Position numbers and translations under genes: made by a program
Source of the DNA: Adineta vaga
Taxonomy: Eukaryota; Animalia; Rotifera
Direction of reading: 5' to 3'
DNA: 64,000 nucleotides
Assembly: GCA_021613535.1 (NCBI GenBank)
Contig: CP075492.1
Span: 16,554,001 to 16,618,000, forward strand
Shown: positions 12,584-23,627 of the stretch, piece after piece
How positions within the stretch are numbered: position 1 is the stretch's first letter
How the letters are laid out: every line of letters starts with the position of its first letter
The notes under the pieces: generated by a model
Databases searched by the model: none
Told to the model about the DNA's origin: nothing
Seen by the model: only the letters and a program-made list of their open reading frames with translations

Positions 12584-12771
12584 GTGTGGGTGTGGGTGTG
12601 GGTGTGGAGACGAGAAGCTAAGCAAGGGCGTGGATGGATGGGAACCTAGTTGAATTTAAAAGTTTCAGTTGAAATATTTCATATAGATAATCTCATTTAA
12701 AACTTGAAACGAAAAGTTTCAATTGAAGCGAGAATTTCCAATTGAATTCAAGTTTCAAGTTTGACACTACT
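12582..12771. repeat. ~190-bp direct repeat, copy 2, headed by (GGGTGT)4
   Basis: Near-identical to 10515-10703. Confidence 0.9.
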
Positions 12772-12808
12772 TCACTCGATTTGGTACTGGCTGGATCCTT
12801 CCGTCACG

Positions 12809-13738
12809 TTACCAGGGATTTAAAATTTTGAACTTTTTTGTTACATCTGGAATTATATTGAGGCAGAGGAATGGAATAATCGATTGTAATGTACACACGT
12901 TCACTCCCCAAAACCACGGCATATATTCAGTACCAAAATTCGTATCATATACCATTTGACCAATTGCAAGTACAAAATATTCAATATTCAAAAGTAAAAA
13001 TGAGGTTGAGATACCTAACAGTTGAATTGTCATCTTGCGATTCTTTCGCCAAGTCACTTGTCGACCCATTTGTTGTTTTTTTATCAGAACTCGAATTAAA
13101 AGCAAAATGCTAAATATCGGTACGAAACAAACAGGAGCAAAGCCATTGACAAGAAGCTCATAGAGTGCCATGAAACTATTTGTCCAAAGAAAACATGCGG
13201 CAACACAATCCAGAGTGCTCATATCATAGTAACTCTCGCATGGATAAAAGAGTAGGAAATAAGTATAATAGACCAAAGGATAAACAGTACAAAATACTAT
13301 TGGCAAATAATGTCCGATTATACGACGACGTAATGTATTGAATATATTAGCATTAAAGATGAAAAAGAGTCGTTCCAATGATGCCCACACCATCAATAAT
13401 GCACCATTAAGATAGACTATATAATCAATCATAAAGAGAAGCAAACAGTAAGTAAGTGAAGGTGGCCAATAAAAGCCTCGACGAAATTGATCCAAATGCA
13501 TTGATGTACTAAGTATAGCTTGGAGAAAACACACAATGAGCATGATAATAAAAACATGATTACTTGGAGTTCGTCGAATACTAGGTGTGACGAATATATG
13601 ATAAAAGATAAAAAAATAACAAGCAATTGACAGAGCGAGAAGAGGAGAATAGAAATAAAGGAAAATTGTGGAAGATAAAGGTGGCGTGATTTGAGGAATG
13701 ACCATAGTAGTCGTATTGTTTGTTGCCATTTTTGACAA
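12809..13738 (-). CDS. Rhodopsin-like 7TM GPCR (intronless)
   Basis: 7 TM segments; WASLER motif; W-RKNRKMTIQLL before TM6. Confidence 0.85.
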   Translation of the reverse strand: MSKMATNNTTTMVIPQITPPLSSTIFLYFYSPLLALSIACYFFIFYHIFVTPSIRRTPSNHVFIIMLIVCFLQAILSTSMHLDQFRRGFYWPPSLTYCLLLFMIDYIVYLNGALLMVWASLERLFFIFNANIFNTLRRRIIGHYLPIVFCTVYPLVYYTYFLLFYPCESYYDMSTLDCVAACFLWTNSFMALYELLVNGFAPVCFVPIFSILLLIRVLIKKQQMGRQVTWRKNRKMTIQLLGISTSFLLLNIEYFVLAIGQMVYDTNFGTEYMPWFWGVNVCTLQSIIPFLCLNIIPDVTKKFKILNPW

Positions 13739-15732
13739 GAGAAAATAAACAAAGTTGTTTGTTTGTTAAACGTACTTTATTAAGTGTAAACAATCTGGAA
13801 AGAAGATGCTAAAAGAAAAAGATAATCAAATAAAATGTGTAGGTGAAATAAATTAATTCAACGTCATTGAAACCTTTGAAGATCACAAAGGATGACAATG
13901 AGATATTAAAAATATAAATGTGAACGTTTGTACATTACCGTAAAAATGACGCTGTTAGATTTGTTCTATCTATAAACTATTAATGATCTAGGAGAATTCC
14001 AAGTTGAAAATATAAATATCAATGAGATATTTTTAAATGTATGAGCATTTTTTATTCTGTTATTGATTTTATCAGAATAATATAGAATAAAAAAATAAAT
14101 GTTAATTCGAGAGGAATATTTGTAGCAAAATAAGTGATTGCAGTATAATTATATATGTGTCAAGTCGCGATATTCTATGGAAAAAAAAAGAAAAGTTAGA
14201 AAGGATCTGTGCTCGAAAACATCGACGATGTTTGGTTATATCACACTTTATTCCATGAGGTGAACGAAAGGTTACTGAAAACTTCCTTATTATATCTCAT
14301 GAAACTCTGAAAAGCACGCTAAACGTATTTCTCTCATGGAAACGGTGGAAAACGCGTCGGTACATCTTTTTTTAGATAAAAATAAATCTGTGAGTTTGGG
14401 ACTCATTTCTGACAGCATCCAAACAAAATTGAAACTAACTGATCAAAGATTTCTATATAATTCTGTTTCTAACTACTACATAGTTTAGAAAATTCATCGG
14501 TAATTTTTCGTGTATTTTGAGAACGACGTTTAATCGTTTGATGGAAATACCAGATACTTTTTAGATAAATAATAATAATTATGTCATTTATATTCGTTGG
14601 ATTGAGATTTTTTTCGTACTATAACGTATTAGTTCTGTTGAACACTTTTTCAATGGAAGATTTTAATGTAAGTTAAAAAGTAAAATTTACAGATAAAGAA
14701 TAACACGAAAAATAGTGCTTATTCATAAATGTGAACCAAATTTGAGTATAGTCTTCTTGATTTATTGTTTAAAAAAACAACAGATAGAAATATTTAAAAA
14801 TTCATCAAGAATAACAAAATTAAGAATATAATTATAACGATGCTTTGTGCAAGAGATGATTATCATGCGAAGATAATGATGATGCAGATCAAATCTCTAA
14901 AAGTCGAATGAGGTTTTTTTTTTCCAAGAGAAAATTAAACGCGTTTATACTTAGAAAATTTGCGCACAAGATGATATCAAAGCAGTTATAAAAGAAATCC
15001 GTTTTGTACGGAAAGTTTAATGAATAATACCGGAAAACCAAAAAATGCATTTAATCAATATGTGTACTTCGGCCAATAGAATGAAGAACTGAATTCGTGA
15101 TCGAGCAACGATATTTTGCTTCAAAATTTTGTCAAATCTATCATCTAATGTTTTTATTGTATTAAAATTTTCAGAGAATATAGAAACGAATGAAGAATTT
15201 CAAGAGAAATAAAGAGTAAGCCGAAAGTCTTCGTCATTCTTCCTTATAGTAAACTCAAAAATACTGAAACTTTGGTATCTTACTCTTTGTTAGTAGACCA
15301 ATATTATCCCAAAGTTTCATGTCTCGATCCCTTATTATAATCAAGGAAATACTTGAAATTAAAATTCAAAATATGAGCAATGTCTGTAATGATTAAATAA
15401 AAACGAAAAGATGTAGTTTTTTTTTCTACAAATAAGAATTTATAAAATCTACCTCTTCATTTTTTTCATCAAAATAGGCTTGAGAAAATCGACAACTATT
15501 GCCTATAGTTGATATTTTACTGTTTCGTAAGCATCCTGATTCTTTTATTGATTTATCTAAAGGACAAGACTTTGGAAATTGAGTAGTTTGAAATGTTGAT
15601 CTTCTTTGATGAGATGAAAATTTGGTAAATTTATCTCCCAATCTGTACATTAAATGCCTTGTATATTCTACATAATCTTCATTAACAGGCAGAATCGATG
15701 TTGTATAGAATACAATTGCATTATATTGAAAT

Positions 15733-15782
15733 AGGGTGTGGGTGTTCATCTGACATCTAACACCCTCACCCACACACACCCT
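15733..15782. repeat. Telomere-like hairpin element
   Basis: agggtgtgggtgtt-catctgacatct-aacaccctcacccacacacaccct. Confidence 0.85.
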
Positions 15783-16164
15783 TTTTTTGCGATCGTTTCG
15801 AGCACAACTGATAAATCGTTGGTATTTTATTACAACTAACTTCGTTACAGTACAGTCGCACACAAAACAAAGGAAGAAAAAGTATACGTAGTTTTTAGAA
15901 ATAATAAGATAACAGTATAGCACAGTGCGATATCTATCGGTCTTACCGGATGATCACTATCGTTATATGCATGTACCCGATTAGTCTATGTGAGAATGTT
16001 TATGTATGCTTGTTTTTTTTCTGTTTTTGCATATATATATATATATATATATATTCCACGTAAAGTATTGACATAATGAGTACTCTTTACAAACTGTGTT
16101 TAAGTTACGTATATCTGTAACGAAGGTATCGATAAATTTATAAAAAACTCTACGATAAAAATTG

Positions 16165-18224
16165 ATGGCACATGAATTAAATTCCTCAATTATAAACGAT
16201 GACAATGTTGAAAGCTATATACTTATATGGCTTGATACATCCGTCAATTGTGAATCTCATAAAGAAATTCGTTTCAAATTACAATCACTTATCAATTATT
16301 TACAACTTTTTGAAAATATTGTACAATGTGAAAGTCATCTACAAACTACTGTTTCTAATGATCGCATTATTCTTGTTACACATGATGATTTTGCTGAAGA
16401 GTTAATACATAAAATTCATTTTCTTCCACAACTATTTTCCATTTATATTTATTCAACGAACAAACAATTTCAACACGAATGGATTCAACAATATTACAAA
16501 GTAATTTTCAATGTTAGTTTTCAATCAAACTTTATCATTATTATATTTTATTTTAGATCAAAGGAATTTTCAAAAACTTTGATCATTTAATTGATCAAAT
16601 TCAAGTCGATCAATTTCGACGAAGACACGAACGATGTAATGAACAAATCTCAATTAGTATTTACGATCAAAATGATGAATATGAACAATCAACAATAGGA
16701 CTTGATGGTCGATTTCTTCATAGTCAATTAATAATCTCATGTCTTCTTCGAATGAAAAGTACATCAAATGATAAAAATGAATTTATTTCTAAATATCGTG
16801 GAGAATTCAAAGAAGATCAAAATTATTTAAAAATTCTTGATGAATTTGAAAAAGAATATTCACCAGATTATTCATTAAGATGGTATACAAGAGAAACATT
16901 TCTTTATCGTTTATTAAACAAAGCACTACGAGCTCAAGATATTGATACACTTTTTCTCTTTCGTTTCTTTATTCATGATCTTGATGAACAACTTAATAGA
17001 CGACGATATTTAAATCCTATTCGAGTGTATCGTGGTCAATTAATGTCAACAGATGAATTGAATATTCTGAAGAAATTGACAGGAAAATTTATTTCAGTTA
17101 ATTCATTCTTTTCAACAAGTTCAAATCGTGCTATGGCACTTGCATATCTCGGTAGTCATAATGTTTATGAATCATTACATCGAATTTTATTTGAAATTGA
17201 TGCTGATCCATCTAAAGAAAACGTCAAATCATTTGCTGATCTTTCAAGTTTAAGTTATTTTCCTGAAGATGAATTTTTAATGGCATTAGGTTCAATCTTT
17301 TGTATTGAAAAAGTTTATCTCGGTGAAAATCAAATTTGGTTTATTGAAATGATTTTATGCAGTAATAATGATGGAGATTTACAACATATGATTTCTCATA
17401 TGCTTCAACAATATAATCAAAATAATATGGGATTAATTTTACTTGGAAATCATTTAATTGATATGGGAAATTTTAATGATGCAGAAAAATATTTATGTCG
17501 ATTATTAGAACAATTATCAACTAAAGATAAAGATATTTATAAATGTTATCATGCACTTAGTAAAGTTTCATATGAAAATGGTAATTATCATTTATGTATA
17601 GATTATTTGGAAAAAGCTTTGAAAGTTTTACAAAATAATGAAGATAAGAATTGTGGATTAGGTTATATTTATAATAGTATGGGAGAAGTTTATCAGAAAT
17701 TAGGTGATCTTTCACGTGCATTAGAATTTTATCAAATAGCATTAAAAAAATTTTCTGAAAAATTCAATAATGATGATGAAAATATTGCCTGGTGTTTTAA
17801 TAATATAGGCAATGTCTATGTTGATCTTGAACTTTATCATATTGCTCGTGATTATCTTTTGCAAGCATTTCATATTAAAGAAAAAATTCTTCCTGCACAA
17901 CATGATTGTTTGGGTAATACATATAATAATCTTGGAAATATTCATTATTATTTACAAGAATATGATCAAGCATTAGAAAAATATAAATTGTGTTATGAAA
18001 TATTTCGAAAATCTCTTACATCACGGCATCCTTCGATTGCTCGAATTTTGAGAAATATTGGAATTGTTTATGAAGCAAAACAAGATTATGAGACAGCAAT
18101 GAAATATTATCAACAAACAGCTGCTATTCGAGAGAAAACTATGTTAACAACACATCCTGATTTGATCGAAATTAAAAATGATATCAAACGTATTTTATAT
18201 AAATTACAGCAAATAAAACAATGA
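16165..18224 (+). CDS. ADP-ribosyltransferase domain + TPR repeat protein (2 exons: 16165-16500, 16557-18224)
   Basis: GTAATT..TTTTAG intron joins the ORFs in frame; WYT..LNKALR, VYRGQ, FFSTS and EDE motifs; TPR repeats (YNSMGEVY, YNNLGNIHY). Confidence 0.88.
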
Positions 18225-18272
18225 AACTATCGTAGAATCTATATTTTCAAGAAATGTTTTGATACGCTTCAT

Positions 18273-18366
18273 TTGAGGGTGTGGGTGTGGGTGTGGGTGT
18301 GGGTTTGGGTGTGTCAGATACAACTAGCCCACCCCCACCCCCACCCACACCCAAACCTCACACCCG
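18273..18366. repeat. Telomere-like hairpin element, long arms
   Basis: ttgaggg(tgtggg)n-tgtgtcagatacaactagc-C-rich arm. Confidence 0.9.
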
Positions 18367-18539
18367 CACTGAGTTCCGAAGGCTTTTGTTAATTGTCAAA
18401 AGTTGTGTTTTTATGGAGCTTCGGGTGTTAAGACCACTGGATTCTTGGTAAATGCAAAGTATCAATCGCCTATTGAATTAAAGTCTAATAAAAACAGCTT
18501 TCGACATTTGCTCAAAGTTCATTATTTACAATGGATGAA

Positions 18540-18621
18540 TTGAGGGTGTGGGTGTGGGTGTTGGTGTGCTAGTTGTATCTGACACACCCGCACCCACACC
18601 CACACCCACACCCACACCCTC
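18540..18621. repeat. Telomere-like hairpin element, inverted copy of the 18273 element
   Basis: 18568-18589 is the exact reverse complement of 18307-18328; ends (cccaca)n ccctc. Confidence 0.9.
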
Positions 18622-18835
18622 TTCTCACACCCACACCAACACCCACGGCATTAGAACATTCGGACGTAACGTGACGTCTAGTCGTTCTTGTACGTCTGAG
18701 AAAAGACCAGTCTCGGACATGATCAAGCTTTTTCACGACTTTCGTATCGATTCTAGTTATTCATGCGAATCATCGTATTGATCGCTACAGATGTATTCGT
18801 ATAAAAAAAATGAACTATGAAACAATGTTTTGAAT

Positions 18836-19123
18836 TCATCCTTTTTTAAAACCATCATAGACGATACCAGCTGCAGTATAGCCACAACCAGCTCCAGTGA
18901 CAGTTCCAGAGGAACTACCACCGATTATTCCCAATGCACCAGGCATCAGCATGTTTCCAGCTAAACCACCGGTAAGTCCACCCACTATGCCACCAGAAAC
19001 ACCACCGACCAATCTTCCCACATCTCTGTTGTTGGTCATAATACCTGTCGTCCCACCTACTACACCTCCGACAGTTCCACCAAAAGCACCGCCAACAGCA
19101 CCTCCGAAAGTCAAAGGATTCAT
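18836..19123 (-). CDS. Small glycine-zipper (GxxxG) protein
   Basis: 95 aa; three GxxxG-rich hydrophobic segments; homologous pattern to 19752-20069. Confidence 0.7.
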   Translation of the reverse strand: MNPLTFGGAVGGAFGGTVGGVVGGTTGIMTNNRDVGRLVGGVSGGIVGGLTGGLAGNMLMPGALGIIGGSSSGTVTGAGCGYTAAGIVYDGFKKG

Positions 19124-19751
19124 AGCAGCTCGATTCGTTTCGATCTAGATAACGATTCAAAGAAATCAATTTTTGAAACCGAGATGTTTTAACAAAGTAT
19201 AACCGTTCTACAGTCTAATAATTCTACTCAACTGGGCATCACTGCCATTGAATGACATATCATCGCTATTTTTTTTTGTCAATGGTCGAGAAACAGAAAT
19301 CCAGAGCATAGAGTTCTCACTTACTAGTTAATCGTGAATGAAGTTGTTGTGTTTGCCGGCAGACAATTATTGTGCATTTCAATATTTTCTGGCTCTTTTA
19401 TATCTCATCTTGTCTTCAGTGTTATTTATTACTCATGGTGGATTTATCCTTGCATTGAGAATTCTCTACTTGGAGAAAACCAGTGAAATAGAAGAAAACA
19501 AATATAACAGACATACGCTCGATGACACAAGATTTTCTTTCTCTCTTTCTAGGATAAGATACTAGGGTAACTGAAGAGAATACACATTGGAAAAATCCTC
19601 AATCAATTAGGTCAAAATGAGACAAGAACCATATAAAAGAGGAGACGCGGCAGCAGAAATTCATTTAGTATTTTGTGAAAAGCAGCAAGATTTGTTTTCG
19701 AATTCATCACTGTGTAAGTAAATCATTTTTCACATAGATCAATTCAACGTG

Positions 19752-20069
19752 ATGCCTGTGAATTGTTTGGTATTCGGCGCTGTGGTGGGTGCCGCTACTG
19801 GTGGATTATCCGGCGGAATAGGGAAGTTCTTCGACGACAATAAAGCTCAAGCTCAGTTGGCGGGTGCAGTTGCTGGAGCTGTTGTCGGCGGAGTTAGCGG
19901 AGGTTTGATCGGTGTTGCAACGGCTGGTGTGCTCTCAGCGACAATGGGAGCGGTTGGTGGTGCTTCTGCAGGAACGATATCAGGCTCAGTCTTGGGATAT
20001 AACACTGCGGGGATCACTTATAGAAAAGATGGCGAGAAACAATCTATCAATCAACCCGATTCCCGATAA
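19752..20069 (+). CDS. Small glycine-zipper (GxxxG) protein
   Basis: 105 aa; FGAVVGAATGG...GYNTAGITY parallels FGGAVGGAFGG...GYTAAGIVY; TATAAAAG at ~19633. Confidence 0.72.
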   Translation: MPVNCLVFGAVVGAATGGLSGGIGKFFDDNKAQAQLAGAVAGAVVGGVSGGLIGVATAGVLSATMGAVGGASAGTISGSVLGYNTAGITYRKDGEKQSINQPDSR

Positions 20070-20470
20070 GAAATACTTTTTTCCTTTTCCGCATTGATTG
20101 TTATTCCTTTTAAAAGAAAAACTTTCAATCTACCATGTTGCGTTTTTCCAAATGCGCTTATCTTGTGTCTTCACTGCTGATCAACGCGTAATTAGTCACT
20201 AGGTGCTCGTCGCTGATCGATTTTCTATGGGTACGAGCTGTAGTTCATCAAAAACGACCAGACAAAGTCCATTGACACATCTCTCCAGTCGACCAATTGA
20301 TTGAAAACAGATCGATCTATCCTTTAACGGAAAGACAAATTCAATCTGCTGGTCTCAACTTTTGTTTCAGCAATCGACTTAATCGAAAATTATTAAGATT
20401 TAGATTAATATGCTTTAAAATAATTAAATAAATACAGAGTTAATTCCGCCGACCCGTTTCGTGTTATTTA

Positions 20471-20557
20471 TTTTAAATAGAAAGAGTGTGGGTGTGGGTG
20501 TGTAAGAAACGACTAGACCTACACCCACACCCACCCACCCTCTCTTTTATTTTAAAA
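20471..20557. repeat. Telomere-like hairpin element with extended AT-rich stem
   Basis: ttttaaatagaaagagtgtgggtgtggg-tgtgtaagaaacgactagacc-tacacccacacccacccaccctctcttttattttaaaa. Confidence 0.85.
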
Positions 20558-21657
20558 TCACCAACTATATATAGGCAGAAGACAATCCACTGGATATGGA
20601 ATTATCCATGGAAAGACAAGGATAATACCCAACGATAGAGAATGATAGTATTGGAAAATACCTATATAAGAAGAAGAAGAAGAAAAGAACAGCAAGGAAA
20701 ACATAACACGAGAGATATATAGCAGAACGCAAGAGAATATCGTATATACCATCGCGAAAGACAATACTTCTTATGGACTGCATATGGAGAAGGTGCAGGG
20801 CATAACATTATCGTTTTATTTTTGGTAATAATTATTGGTCTAGCAGCAGCTGCAGTAGCGCTGGTAAAGAACCAAAAGAATAACAGTGATGCGAATTTGA
20901 TTCTATCAACAACAACATTAATTGAGACAAAGAATCTATTAGATACTATCAGTTCCACGCAGTTAATGTTTCAACCAGGGGTCGCAGCCGGGGTGTACCT
21001 AAAAGAAGGATTTTGAGAAGGAATTTTTCAAAAAAAAGAAGGAACTTTGGAAAAAAGAAGCAAATGGGAGGAAAAGAAGGAATTTTTTGGATATTGCATT
21101 GTAACGAATGAGTTTTATAACACTTTTAATAAGAAAGAAATAATTTAGATCAGTTCAATAAAATAATTTTAGAATTTTTGTTTGATTACGTTGCAAGGTC
21201 GTTCTTTGACTTATAACGAATACGACTAAGAAACAAATTTCAACAATCAACAATTATCTTTTTGGTCATGCGGCGTGCCAGCATATTTTTATCATTTCCA
21301 TGTCTTAATAGTGCTCTCGGTACTTTCAGAGATCATGTATATCTCCTACCCAAATGTATTCTTATTCTGTGTAGCGACCATAAAAATTCGTCTATCGCCA
21401 AACTTATTCGTTAATAGAGCATTAGAAATACACAGCAGCATTCCAGCTCTGCTCGTGAAAAATAGGAAACACATGAACAATAAATAATTCCATCTAACAT
21501 TTAACAGATAGCGAGACAAAGAATTAACGTGAATACACTATTATATTGCCTATATGTGATAAGTTGAAAATGATTCGACGCCAAATTGACTGATTAAGTT
21601 ATCACTACGAGAAGACTTCACCAACTAATTAAAAGCTATTCAAGTCATATTTTTTGC

Positions 21658-21707
21658 GAGTGTGGGTGTGTATCAAGATTATGAAAAGACACCCACACCC
21701 ACACCCT
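21658..21707. repeat. Telomere-like hairpin element
   Basis: gagtgtgggtgtg-tatcaagattatgaaaaga-cacccacacccacaccct. Confidence 0.85.
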
Positions 21708-21863
21708 TACGTCTATCAGAGCTACGAAGCATATTATGAGTTTGGAAGAAATAGATATGGAAACGCGTAGACTGAATTATACGTGGATTGTAAAACCTTG
21801 TATGATAAGTTTTATCGTACTTATTTTTGCGGTTATCTTGTATTGGTTTCTCAATATGTAGTC

Positions 21864-21944
21864 TCGAGGGGTGTGGGTGTGGGTATTTGTGTGACTGTGG
21901 ATCTGGATGACGGTATTATATTCATCTCTCACCCACACCCTTAA
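21864..21944. repeat. Telomere-like hairpin element
   Basis: tcgaggggtgtgggtgtggg...ctcacccacacccttaa. Confidence 0.8.
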
Positions 21945-22308
21945 TATTGGAAAGCTCTAATTTGAATGAAACTTGTGTTGAGCAGATCAGACAATGAGAG
22001 AATATAGTACCGAAATTTTTTATTAGTTTTCTTTGCATTTTAATGAAAAACATCAGAAAACATTTGTGCTCAAGAAGCATGAATGTCTTCTAAAGAAAAA
22101 TCACATCTAGTTGAACACATACAATAGATGCATAAGCAATCAGATGTCGAATACTGGCAGAATCGACGGTTGACAGATTGGCCTTTTGAAGAGATTGAAT
22201 GTGAAAAAAAACAAGTACATACATTATTTCATTTATCTAGATTTCGCACAGATAGTAGTTATCAAGCAATCAGTCGGTGTTTTTAAGTATTACTTTGCTC
22301 GAGACAGA

Positions 22309-22824
22309 CTATTCTCTCGACATATATGAATGGAGAAGAATAAAAGAGTTTTTCGTACCTTGATCAACAATGGTATTGTTGGAATTGAATAAACGGAGAT
22401 TTACATCCACTGCGCCTTTTATATCATCAATTTCTACCAAAATGTAAGTCGCACCTGCGTTTATCATGCGTGATACATATCGACTGATATCAATCGTCTG
22501 CATCGTCATCGTTGTATTGGTCATATTTGTTGATGGATAGATACATTCGTTACTATAGTTCTGATCAATTGCACTCGTTCAATTTGGATGAGATTGCCGA
22601 ATAAGATTTTTATTCTTTCCAATAGACCCATCTGGTAAAACTGCTTTGGAGATGGATAACATCGCATCCCAATGAGCTGATGTTAAACCGTAGGATTGAC
22701 TGAGATTAGCACCAGAGAAATCATTATCATTGACTTGACTTGTAAAAAATTCGTCCTTGATAAATGAGGCATGACGACAACTGCTTTTGATCAAAATAGC
22801 GTGATTGAGATCAGCTCGATTCAT
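22309..22824 (-). pseudogene. Pentapeptide-repeat protein fragment, 5'-truncated, with in-frame stop
   Basis: ADLNHA/ASFIK/NDFSGANLS repeats followed by AVLPDG; in-frame TGA at 22579-22581 links to ORF 22309-22524. Confidence 0.6.
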
Positions 22825-22825
22825 G

Positions 22826-22875
22826 TTGAATGTGTGTGTGTATTCTCTCTTTGTCTACCCACACCCACCCTCAAG
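22826..22875. repeat. Telomere-like hairpin element
   Basis: ttgaatgtgtgtgtg-tattctctctttgtc-tacccacacccaccctcaag. Confidence 0.8.
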
Positions 22876-23552
22876 AATATGTGTGTTTAAAAACATTTCA
22901 AATAAGATATTCTGTAAACGAACTCAGTAAAACCAAACTTAAAAATTCTTTCTTATTTTCGCATACGATCAAGTTTCCAGATAGAATGTAATTGCATCAT
23001 AAAATGACGAAAAAACCAACATCCTAGTCATATAAATACATGTTTTTGAATCATATTTTTGGTGTTATTTATCTCCAATTCTGATTGCCGTTTTCTTATT
23101 GTTCTAGTTGATATTCTAATATAATATAAACGAACCGAAATAAGACAACATATAACAGGACCGAAAAGGGGGTCAACCCATTTCAATCAATGGCGACAAA
23201 TTATCACATGTTGAAAATAGTAATGATTGTAATGTATGTGTTTTTGCTAAAAAAGTGCTGTAGAATAATAATTTTTTTATCATTAAATTTAACCAAAAAT
23301 AATGTCAAATGAATAATTTTTCTATTAATTTAAAGACAATTACTTATTTATTGACTAAATTTATTCATTGCGTAAAATGTGTAATGATTGAAGTTTGATC
23401 TAATAATAATTTAAGAATTCGAAGTAATTATGATGTATTAAAATCTTTGAGACTAATTCTTTTACTATTGTTTTTTGTATAAATATAAAGTAAAAATTGT
23501 TCAGTTATTAATATTTACAAGAATATGATCAAGCATTAGAAAAATATAAATT

Positions 23553-23627
23553 ATCTTGAGGTTGTGAGTGTGGCTGTCACTGGGGTGTATGTGTCTCCGT
23601 CAACCTCACCCATACTCACACCCTCAA
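23553..23627. repeat. Telomere-like hairpin element
   Basis: atcttgaggttgtgagtgtgg...ccatactcacaccctcaa. Confidence 0.8.

Noticed and set aside
12767-12811. Possible readthrough or premature stop in the second GPCR (RDGRIQPV follows TAA)
   Set aside because: All seven TMs precede the stop; cannot be distinguished from a natural end.
18548-18781. ORF encoding GVGVG...TPTPTP
   Set aside because: Translation of the telomere-like hairpin; the same applies to ORFs 15426-15923, 33737-34060 and 37473-37709.
18897-19148. Pro-rich ORF
   Set aside because: Antisense shadow of the glycine-zipper gene.
20975-21090. CAGGGG start with AAAAGAAGGAA subrepeats, possible hAT end
   Set aside because: No matching opposite end or TSD found in the window.
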